Shown: positions 17,579-25,075 of the stretch, in pieces
Layout: every line of letters starts with the position of its first letter
How positions within the stretch are numbered: position 1 is the stretch's first letter
Source: Gemmatimonadota bacterium
GTDB taxonomy: Bacteria > Gemmatimonadota > Gemmatimonadetes > Gemmatimonadales > GWC2-71-9
Reading direction: 5' to 3'
DNA: 64,000 nt
Assembly (NCBI GenBank): GCA_031394255.1
Contig: JANMXA010000042.1
Span: 89,505-153,504 of the forward strand
Translations under genes and position numbers: made by a program
Notes under the pieces: model-generated
Databases searched by the model: none
What the model saw: the letters and a program-made list of their open reading frames with translations, nothing else
Told to the model about the DNA's origin: nothing

Positions 17579-19267
17579 ATGGATCGTCGATTTATCCTGG
17601 CCATCGTGTTGATGATGGTCGTGCTGGTGGTTCCTTCCTTGGTCCTCAAACGGTCTCCAAGGCCATCGACGCGTCCAGCGGCGACGGTGGTGTCTCAGCC
17701 CGCGGCTCCGCCGACTCTCGATGCGCCGGCCGGAACACGGCCGACCCGGTTGACCGCCGAAGCGGCGGACGGCGTTGTAGAGGACACGGTCCGGGTGGTA
17801 TCCAGTCTGTATCGGTATGCATTCTCGACCCGTGGCGGACGCATGGTCGGCGCCGACATGACCACCTACCGCTCCATGCGGAAGGATGAACCCGGTCAAT
17901 CGGCTCAGATCATGGACCCCAACAGCGACTTTCTGTCACTGGCGCTCTTGACTGGCCGCGACACCGTGCCCCTCAAAAACCTCACGTTCCGCCCGTCGAG
18001 CAAGGATCTCCAGGTTGGCAAGGACGGCGCTCAGCTGTCGTGGGACGCCGCGGTCGGCTCCAGCAGTGCCATCACTCTGACCTACCGCTTTGTCCCTGAC
18101 AACTACCGCATCGCGGTCAGTGGTCGGCTGACGGGCTTGGGGCCAGCCGGCGCCACCTTGCTGATTGGGATGGGACCGGGTCTCCGAAATACCGAAGCCG
18201 ACAGCACGGAATTTGCCCGGGAGCTCGGCATCGTCACCCGTGACACCAAGTCCCAGTTGGTGAACTTCAGTCGGATGAAGCCCGGTGAGATGAAGTCACT
18301 CAGCGGTCCATTCCAGTGGGTGGCGGTGAAGGCCAAGTACTTCGTGGCGGCCGTGATTTCGCCGGATACCGGCGGGGTTGGGCCCGGCCGGTTTGGCGGA
18401 GTGCAGGCCATGGCCACGGATCGCGTCCACCGGACACCGGAGGCGGCCGACGTCTGGACCAGTCTGACGGTCGGCTCCGATGGCGCATTCGACTTTGGCC
18501 TGTACGTCGGCCCGATGGAGTACCCGAGACTTCGGGCCATTGGGAACGAATTCGACGACAACAACCCCTACGGCTGGGCTTGGCTTCGACCGGTGATCCG
18601 GCCGGTGGCGGTAGGTGCCCGCTGGCTGCTCGTTTGGCTGCACGAGAAGGCGGGGCTCGCCTACGGCCTCGGCCTGGTTGTTTTCGGGGTCCTGATTCGG
18701 CTCGTTCTCTGGCCGTTGAATCAGAAGGCTATGCGAGCGAGCATGGCAATGCAGGCCATTCAACCAGTGCTCAAGGAGATTCAGGACCGCCATCAAAAGG
18801 ATCCGCAGCGGCTCCAGCAGGAGATGTTCAAAGTCTACAAGGAAAACAGCGTCAACCCCTTCAGCGGCTGTTGGCCGGTATTGCTGCCATGGCCCATTCT
18901 GATTGCCCTGTTCTTTGTGTTTCAGAATTCGATCGAGCTCCGGGGGCAGTCGTTCCTCTGGATTCCGGATCTTTCTCGCCCTGATCCGTTGTACATCATT
19001 CCAGTGCTGATGGCCGTTTCGATGTTCGGGGTCACGAAGATCGGCCAGCTTGGCCTGCCACCCAATCCGCAGACCAAAATGATGCTCTACTTCATGCCGA
19101 TCATGATGCTCGTGCTCTTCCTCAAGTTTGCGTCGGGCCTCAACCTCTATTACGCCGTGCAGAACCTGGCGAGCATTCCCCAGCAGTGGCTGGTCGCGAA
19201 GGAGCGGATGCGGCGAGCTGCCGTGGCCACCCCGCTGCCGGCGCCATTGCGAAATCCCAAGCGGTAA
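17579..19267 (+). CDS. yidC: membrane protein insertase YidC
   Basis: N-terminal TM helix, large periplasmic domain, and a C-terminal 60-kDa insertase core (WPLNQKAMRASMAMQAIQP...KENSVNPFSGCWPVLLPWPILIALF). Confidence 0.95.
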   Translation: MDRRFILAIVLMMVVLVVPSLVLKRSPRPSTRPAATVVSQPAAPPTLDAPAGTRPTRLTAEAADGVVEDTVRVVSSLYRYAFSTRGGRMVGADMTTYRSMRKDEPGQSAQIMDPNSDFLSLALLTGRDTVPLKNLTFRPSSKDLQVGKDGAQLSWDAAVGSSSAITLTYRFVPDNYRIAVSGRLTGLGPAGATLLIGMGPGLRNTEADSTEFARELGIVTRDTKSQLVNFSRMKPGEMKSLSGPFQWVAVKAKYFVAAVISPDTGGVGPGRFGGVQAMATDRVHRTPEAADVWTSLTVGSDGAFDFGLYVGPMEYPRLRAIGNEFDDNNPYGWAWLRPVIRPVAVGARWLLVWLHEKAGLAYGLGLVVFGVLIRLVLWPLNQKAMRASMAMQAIQPVLKEIQDRHQKDPQRLQQEMFKVYKENSVNPFSGCWPVLLPWPILIALFFVFQNSIELRGQSFLWIPDLSRPDPLYIIPVLMAVSMFGVTKIGQLGLPPNPQTKMMLYFMPIMMLVLFLKFASGLNLYYAVQNLASIPQQWLVAKERMRRAAVATPLPAPLRNPKR

Positions 19268-19306
19268 TCCGAGCTCCCGAACGGATGTCGGAGGGGCCAG
19301 TACGAC

Positions 19307-20632
19307 ATGCTCTCTGACCTGATTTGCGCCACGGCAACGGCGTCCGGCAGGGCGGCGGTCGCTCTGGTACGGCTGTCGGGTCGAGGGGCTGTCACCGCTG
19401 CTCTTCGCGTGCTCCATTGGCCCCCTGACCGTGAGCCGGAGCCGCGACGGGCCTACCTGGCCCCATTCCATGAGGCCGATGGCGCTCCATTCGACCGGGG
19501 GTTGGTCACGTTCTTCCCGGGGCCGGGGAGCTACACCGGCGAGGACCTCGTCGAGTTCGCCTGCCATGGTGGGCTGCTCGCCTCAAGCCAGCTCGTCGCC
19601 GCGCTCACGGGCGCGGGTGCCCGTCTGGCCGTGCCTGGTGAGTTTACGCGGCGCGCGGTCGCGCACGGCAAGATCGACCTGCTTCAGGCTGAGGCGATCG
19701 GCGATCTGGTCGACGCGTCGACCCGAGCGCAGGGTCGCGCGGCCATTCGCCAACTACACGGCGGGCTCTCTCGCCGTTTGGGCGAGTTGCGCTCGGCTCT
19801 GATCGATCTGTTGGCTCTTCTCGCTTACGATATCGATTTTCCCGAAGAGGACGATGGTCCAATCGATCGCGCCGCCCTGGAAGAAGCGATTGGGCGGACC
19901 GCAGCCGTGATCGACGGCTTGCTCGAAACTGCCAGCCTTGGTGAACGAGTCAGACGCGGGGCGCTGGTAGTGATCGCCGGACGGCCGAATGCCGGCAAGT
20001 CGTCACTGTTCAATGCGTTGCTGGGAACCGAACGAGCCCTCGTAACCGAGATCGCGGGGACCACGCGGGACACGATCGAGGCCGATTTGGATCTGGACGG
20101 TTATGCCGTCCGCCTGGCTGATACGGCCGGCCTTCGGTTCTCTGAGGACCGGATCGAACGCCTTGGCATCGAGGTGAGCCGTCGGTATCTCGGCGCTGCT
20201 GACCTCATTCTGCTGTGCATCGACGCCGGCGCCGACCCAACCGACGAAGAGCAGACCATTGCCGCCCAGCCGAACACGTTGACGGTCCGGACTAAGGTTG
20301 ATCTGTACTCGGCGCCCACTCCGGCCGTCTCAGCGCTCACCGGCGCCGGGCTCGGCGAACTCAAGCGGCTGCTGGTTGATCGTCTCTATGGCGACGTTGA
20401 GGCGTTGGGTGACACGACGCCCCTTCTTACTCGAGAGCGCCACCGACAAGGTCTCAGTGTGGCCCTCGCGGCGCTTCGTGACGCCGCGCCGGAGGTGATG
20501 CAAGGGGGCGACAGCGTTCTGGCCGCGCACCACGTTCGCCGAGCGGTGACCGCGCTCGACGAACTGCTGGGCCGCGTTGACGTGGAAGAGGTGTTCGGCA
20601 GAATATTCGAGCGTTTTTGCGTCGGAAAGTAG
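19307..20632 (+). CDS. mnmE: tRNA uridine-5-carboxymethylaminomethyl modification GTPase MnmE
   Basis: G-domain motifs (GRPNAGKSSLFNAL, DTAG), N-terminal ATASGRAAVALVRLSG and the C-terminal FCVGK tetrapeptide. Confidence 0.95.
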   Translation: MLSDLICATATASGRAAVALVRLSGRGAVTAALRVLHWPPDREPEPRRAYLAPFHEADGAPFDRGLVTFFPGPGSYTGEDLVEFACHGGLLASSQLVAALTGAGARLAVPGEFTRRAVAHGKIDLLQAEAIGDLVDASTRAQGRAAIRQLHGGLSRRLGELRSALIDLLALLAYDIDFPEEDDGPIDRAALEEAIGRTAAVIDGLLETASLGERVRRGALVVIAGRPNAGKSSLFNALLGTERALVTEIAGTTRDTIEADLDLDGYAVRLADTAGLRFSEDRIERLGIEVSRRYLGAADLILLCIDAGADPTDEEQTIAAQPNTLTVRTKVDLYSAPTPAVSALTGAGLGELKRLLVDRLYGDVEALGDTTPLLTRERHRQGLSVALAALRDAAPEVMQGGDSVLAAHHVRRAVTALDELLGRVDVEEVFGRIFERFCVGK

Positions 20633-20636
20633 CGGC

Positions 20637-20849
20637 TTAATCGGTCCCGGGTGCCTGGACTGGATGCTTGTGGGTACCGTCACAGAAGGGCCTCCTCAGG
20701 CTGCGACCACATCCGCAGAGTTTGACGATGCCCGGCGACTTGTTTGGCGGAATGGGGATGGGATTCCCCTCGTGATCGCGCAGATCGATTGGGCCCTCAA
20801 TGACGATCGGGCCCAGCGGCTTGATGACAATGGCGAGCGGAGGGTTCAG
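20637..20849 (-). CDS. CDGSH-type iron-sulfur domain mini-protein (70 codons, no canonical start codon)
   Basis: My own translation of the - strand gives LNPPLAIVIKPLGPIVIEGPIDLRDHEGNPIPIPPNKSPGIVKLCGCGRSLRRPFCDGTHKHPVQAPGTD*. It contains an exact C-x-C-x2-S-x3-P-x-C-D-G-(S/T)-H signature. It is absent from the ORF track because the frame has no ATG/GTG/TTG. CTG 20849 overlaps the upstream TGA (CTGA); ATT 20831 is an alternative start. Confidence 0.75.
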   Translation of the reverse strand: MNPPLAIVIKPLGPIVIEGPIDLRDHEGNPIPIPPNKSPGIVKLCGCGRSLRRPFCDGTHKHPVQAPGTD

Positions 20850-21802
20850 GAGGGACCAACCAGGCGAGTGACCGCTTGGTGGTATTCCCGCCTGAGGCGC
20901 GCGACCAGACCAGCAGCCGAGGGGATGTCCTGCACCGCACCGATGCCTTGGCCCGCGCCCCAGATGTCACGCCAGGCTTTGGCGGCAGTATTGCTGAAAT
21001 CCATCTTCGAGGGGTCGCTCGTGGGCAGGTGATCAGGATCGAGACCTGCCCGCTCGATGGATGAACGAAGATAGTTGCCATGAACACCGGTAAACAAGCT
21101 CGTGTAGATCACGTCCGCCGCGGTGCTGTCAACGATGGCTTGCTTGTATGCCTCTACCGCGTTGGCCTCTTTGGTGGCGATAAAAGCAGATCCGATGTAT
21201 GCAACGTCAGCCCCCATGGCCCGGGCTGCGAGGATGGCAGAACCGCTGGCGATCGCCCCCGACAACGCGAGGGGTCCCGACCACCACGAACGGATTTCCT
21301 GAATCAATCCGAACGGGGACCACGTTCCCGCGTGGCCTCCCGCCCCAGCCGCCACCGCGATCAGACCATCCGCCCCCTTCTCGATGGCCTTGTGCGCGTG
21401 CACAACGTTGATCACGTCGTGGAGTACGATGCCCCCGTATGAATGGACGGCGTGGTTGACCTCTTCCCGGGCACCGAGCGACGTGATCACGATCGGGACC
21501 CGATACTTGACGCACAGGGCCAAATCCCGTTCCAGTCTGTCGTTGGACCGGTGCACGATCTGATTCACTGCGAAGGGAGCCGCTGGCTCGTCTGGGTGGG
21601 TCCTGGTGTGGTCGGCGGATTCGGTCACAATCCTGGCCAGCCACTCGTCGAGCAACTCGGGCGGTCTGGCGTTGAGCGCGGGGAAACTTCCTACAACACC
21701 GGCCTTGCACTGGGCCAAGACCAGATCGGGATTCGAAATGATGAAGAGCGGAGCTCCGATGACTGGAAGGCGCAGGCCCCGTAAGCTGGCGGGAAGGGTC
21801 AT
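20846..21802 (-). CDS. nitronate monooxygenase (NMO/2-nitropropane dioxygenase family, FMN TIM barrel)
   Basis: LPVIGAPLFIISNPDLVLAQCKAGVVGSFPALN and GADGLIAVAAGAGGHAG motifs. Confidence 0.85.
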   Translation of the reverse strand: MTLPASLRGLRLPVIGAPLFIISNPDLVLAQCKAGVVGSFPALNARPPELLDEWLARIVTESADHTRTHPDEPAAPFAVNQIVHRSNDRLERDLALCVKYRVPIVITSLGAREEVNHAVHSYGGIVLHDVINVVHAHKAIEKGADGLIAVAAGAGGHAGTWSPFGLIQEIRSWWSGPLALSGAIASGSAILAARAMGADVAYIGSAFIATKEANAVEAYKQAIVDSTAADVIYTSLFTGVHGNYLRSSIERAGLDPDHLPTSDPSKMDFSNTAAKAWRDIWGAGQGIGAVQDIPSAAGLVARLRREYHQAVTRLVGPS

Positions 21803-21823
21803 GAGAGGCGTTCCAACCTGGGA

Positions 21824-22768
21824 TTAGGCGGTCTGGATGTCGCGGCGAGCCTCGTCAACGGCTTCGAAGTCCACGGCCGCCGCCCGGAGGGCCGCCGCCA
21901 AACCGCGGTCGGCCACCAGGGCTTCGACCATCCGGTATCCCAAGTAATACCCGGACCGCTCCGGCAGAACGCGACCCAACGCAAGGCGAGATCCCGGGCT
22001 CAAGCCGCTTGACAGGAACCGGAGCCGGAGACCGATCCCGGCGCGGTCGAGGTCGTGATGTGCGGCGCGGCGTAGAAAGGCGTCCATCTCCCTCAGCCGC
22101 TGGAACTGCCGTTTCGGGTACCCGAAATAGTCCGCAATGTCGTGGCCCGGCGCGACTTGCTGCGCCGCGTGCACCGCGAGGCCTTCATTGACGAGCAGCT
22201 CGCGAAGGGTTGCGCGGCCAGCGGTGGTCCAGTAGCTGTAGTTCCCACCTGCCTCATCGACCAGGGCCCTGAGTTCGCTCTGACTGGCTGGCGAGGTATA
22301 CCGTACGGCGTGGGCCAGTTCATGCCCGACCCAGAGGGGGATCAACTCCGGGGAGAGGCCGAGTCCATAGGTTGTCGGGTTGACCTTGCCGGTAAAATGC
22401 TCGACGCAAACGAAGGCCGCAGCCCGCCCGTTGACGACGAGCTCCCCCGCATTCGCACCCCCGACCCCGACCATGAGGTACACATCGGTCGGGCAATCGA
22501 TCTGAAGCGATTCGGCAGCCTTCGCGATTGCGGTTTCGGCCAATTCCGAGATTCGGGCCTGCTGTAGCATTGAGCGGAGGTCGGACCGATCCGCCCGCAA
22601 CGCCGCCGCGATCACCCCGTCGGCGTGGCGGTCGTCGAGATCGATAACGTAGTTGCTCCAGTAGGCCTGAAGGACCGCGCGATGGCGTTCAAGGTACCGC
22701 TGGTACGCGGCTTCCCGGTTTGAAGAGGCGAGAATATCCAAGAATTCGGGAACAAGATTGATGAGCAC
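21824..22768 (-). CDS. DUF2268-like putative zinc metalloprotease
   Basis: HELAH (HExxH) motif in the context LIPLWVGHELAHAVRY. Length and N-terminal helical region fit the DUF2268 family. Confidence 0.6.
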   Translation of the reverse strand: MLINLVPEFLDILASSNREAAYQRYLERHRAVLQAYWSNYVIDLDDRHADGVIAAALRADRSDLRSMLQQARISELAETAIAKAAESLQIDCPTDVYLMVGVGGANAGELVVNGRAAAFVCVEHFTGKVNPTTYGLGLSPELIPLWVGHELAHAVRYTSPASQSELRALVDEAGGNYSYWTTAGRATLRELLVNEGLAVHAAQQVAPGHDIADYFGYPKRQFQRLREMDAFLRRAAHHDLDRAGIGLRLRFLSSGLSPGSRLALGRVLPERSGYYLGYRMVEALVADRGLAAALRAAAVDFEAVDEARRDIQTA

Positions 22769-22815
22769 GGGACAGAATACGGGATTCCGCCCCCGAAAAT
22801 CAAGGTGCCAATCGT

Positions 22816-23646
22816 CTAGTGCTGTTCGCGGCGCTTCCGTTCGGAGGTTTCCCGGAGAAACTTGCGCTCCTGTGACGTCAAACTCTCCATTCCGGAACGC
22901 GAAATCTTGTCGAGTAGCCGGTCGACATCGTGGTCGGTGGAACTGGCCGGGTCGCCCACGGCCGATGCGGGTCGAAAATCACCACCCATCTCCTGCACTC
23001 GCATCGGCGTGACCACGGCACGGCGAGCCGCCGGAATGGGCTTTGCCGGCGGGCGTCGATTGCCGATGCTTTGCAGCCGGAAAAACGCATACCCCGCCAA
23101 CGCCCCCCCCACGTGAACGAGATGACCGATCCCATCGCGTCCCAAAACACCAAGAAGCAGGTCGATGCCGACGAGTCCGGCAAACAAGGGCAGCGCCGTC
23201 AACGGAGCCGTCAACGGAGCGATCGCGACACGGGCCTTGGGCCAGAACAGGACGAACGCCAACCCGACTCCGTAGGCGGGCCCAGAGGCTCCCACGAAGG
23301 GGTCAACCCGGAAGAGGGTTCCTAGGCCGAGCGCCAGGAGAGCGGTGCCGACGCCACAGTAGAGGTAATACGCCCCGAATTGGCGACCCCCGAGCCGTCG
23401 CTCGACCGGCGGGCCGAACAACGCCAAGACCAGGGAATTGACGGCCAGAGGGGCCAGTCCGCCCGGTACGAACATGTAAGTCAGGGCGGTCCAGGGCCGA
23501 TCGATGAACCCTGCGGGGTCGAACGTCAAGGCGTTGTAGAACCGGGGGGCCGTGAAAACAGTCGACAACAAGAGCAGTACGACCGCGTTGATCGCAATCA
23601 ACCGGGTCACCCACGGCGTCGGTCGGAGGGCTCTGATCTCGTGCAT
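22816..23646 (-). CDS. rhomboid family intramembrane serine protease
   Basis: Six or more TM helices, catalytic GASGPAYG and HLVHVGGALAGY motifs, and a cytoplasmic C-terminal tail ending LTSQERKFLRETSERKRREQH. Confidence 0.85.
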   Translation of the reverse strand: MHEIRALRPTPWVTRLIAINAVVLLLLSTVFTAPRFYNALTFDPAGFIDRPWTALTYMFVPGGLAPLAVNSLVLALFGPPVERRLGGRQFGAYYLYCGVGTALLALGLGTLFRVDPFVGASGPAYGVGLAFVLFWPKARVAIAPLTAPLTALPLFAGLVGIDLLLGVLGRDGIGHLVHVGGALAGYAFFRLQSIGNRRPPAKPIPAARRAVVTPMRVQEMGGDFRPASAVGDPASSTDHDVDRLLDKISRSGMESLTSQERKFLRETSERKRREQH

Positions 23647-23651
23647 ACCGT

Positions 23652-24674
23652 CTATCTAACCTTACACCGGGCCCGAGCCGCCTGGCAAATCCGCTCGCAG
23701 AGTTCGGCAAACGGGATCCCGGCGGCCGCGGCAGATTGGGGCAGCAGGCTCGTGGCCGTCATTCCGGGGAGGGTATTGACCTCCAGACAGCTGAGTTCCC
23801 CGGCGGGGGTGAGTCGGAAATCAACCCGGCTGTAGCCGCCGAGTTTAAGGGCCCGGTGGGAGGCCAGCGCAAAGGCATGGCACTGCTCCCTCGTCGCGGC
23901 CGACAGGTCGGCCGGGAAGATCTCCACCGCCATGCCCGGCGTGTACTTGCACTCGTAGTCAAAAATCTCGTGCTGCGGGATGATCTCACCGACGGCCAGA
24001 GCCCGGTCATCGAGAATGCCGACTGTCAATTCGCGTCCAGGGACGAAGGCTTCAATCATCACCTCGTCGTCGTAGCGAGATGCCAGTTCGATGGCAGGGG
24101 CCAGGCCGTCCGGCTGCTTGACGACGCTCAGGCCAACCGTCGATCCTTGCTTGCTTGGCTTTACGACCACCGGCCACCCCAAGTGATCACTGACCGTCGC
24201 GATGCTGGCCGGTGCCATCAACCATGGTGCTGTCGGTACGCCCGCGAGCGTAAACAGGCGTTTCGACAGGTCCTTGTCCATGGCCAGGGCGCTGCCGAGG
24301 GCGCTGCTGCCGGTGTAGGGTACCTCGAGGACGTCAAGTACCGCCTGCAGGGTGCCGTCCTCGCCGCGCCCCCCGTGGAGCGCAAGGAACAGGACGTCGG
24401 CGTTCCGCACCACGGGGAGGGTCGCCAGGCTCGACAACAGGACGCCACGCTCAAGGCCGATCAGGTGTTCGATTGATGGGGGCGCCGCGCCAACCGTTGC
24501 GTTGAGTGCCCTTGCCTCTTCGCTCTCGGGAACAACGCCGCCGGCCGTATCGACCACCGCGACCCGGTGACCGCGGCGCCGGAGCGCTCCAACGACCTGG
24601 ACGGCGGAGGCAATCGCCACGTCACGTTCGACCGAGGTTCCGCCGGTCAGGACGGTAACGTTCATCTCGCTCAT
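23652..24674 (-). CDS. ddl: D-alanine--D-alanine ligase
   Basis: ATP-grasp pattern: FLALHGGRGEDGTLQAVLDVLEVPYTGS, VVKPSKQGSTVGLSVV, SRVDFRL and LEVNTLPGMT. Confidence 0.93.
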   Translation of the reverse strand: MSEMNVTVLTGGTSVERDVAIASAVQVVGALRRRGHRVAVVDTAGGVVPESEEARALNATVGAAPPSIEHLIGLERGVLLSSLATLPVVRNADVLFLALHGGRGEDGTLQAVLDVLEVPYTGSSALGSALAMDKDLSKRLFTLAGVPTAPWLMAPASIATVSDHLGWPVVVKPSKQGSTVGLSVVKQPDGLAPAIELASRYDDEVMIEAFVPGRELTVGILDDRALAVGEIIPQHEIFDYECKYTPGMAVEIFPADLSAATREQCHAFALASHRALKLGGYSRVDFRLTPAGELSCLEVNTLPGMTATSLLPQSAAAAGIPFAELCERICQAARARCKVR

Positions 24675-25075
24675 GGAATAGCCGTGCCCCCGGGAGGAGG
24701 GCGAAAATTCACTGGCTGAAGAAAAGCGGCCGCCACCGGACTGCCGTTGCGGAGTGCCGGCGCATAGCGAAGGCGGCTCGCGCTGACCAGTGCCGCCGAA
24801 TCCAGCGCGGGATACCCGCTGGACTCCTGGACCGCGGTCGATTCGGCCAGGACCCGGCCGGTAGAATCGACAAACATCCTGAGAATCACCGATCCACCGA
24901 CCCGCTGAGCGGCTAAAGCCGTCGGGTAGGCGATGGGCGGGTCGCCGTTGGTCGGCATCGGTGCCTCATCCCGTCGCACGGTGCTACCTCGTGATTCGGG
25001 GGGCAGGGTCACGGTGCCTTCCGTCTTCGAGCCGCACCCCGCCAAGGTCAGGAGCATCGCGGTCCAGCGTTTCAC
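24671..25075 (-). CDS. TonB C-terminal domain lipoprotein
   Basis: Lipobox LLTLAGCGS and a TonB_C-like YPTALAAQRVGGSVILRMFVDSTGRV...ALDSAALVSASRLRYAPA. The GTG start overlaps the mutS stop (GTGA). Confidence 0.7.
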   Translation of the reverse strand: MKRWTAMLLTLAGCGSKTEGTVTLPPESRGSTVRRDEAPMPTNGDPPIAYPTALAAQRVGGSVILRMFVDSTGRVLAESTAVQESSGYPALDSAALVSASRLRYAPALRNGSPVAAAFLQPVNFRPPPGGTAIP

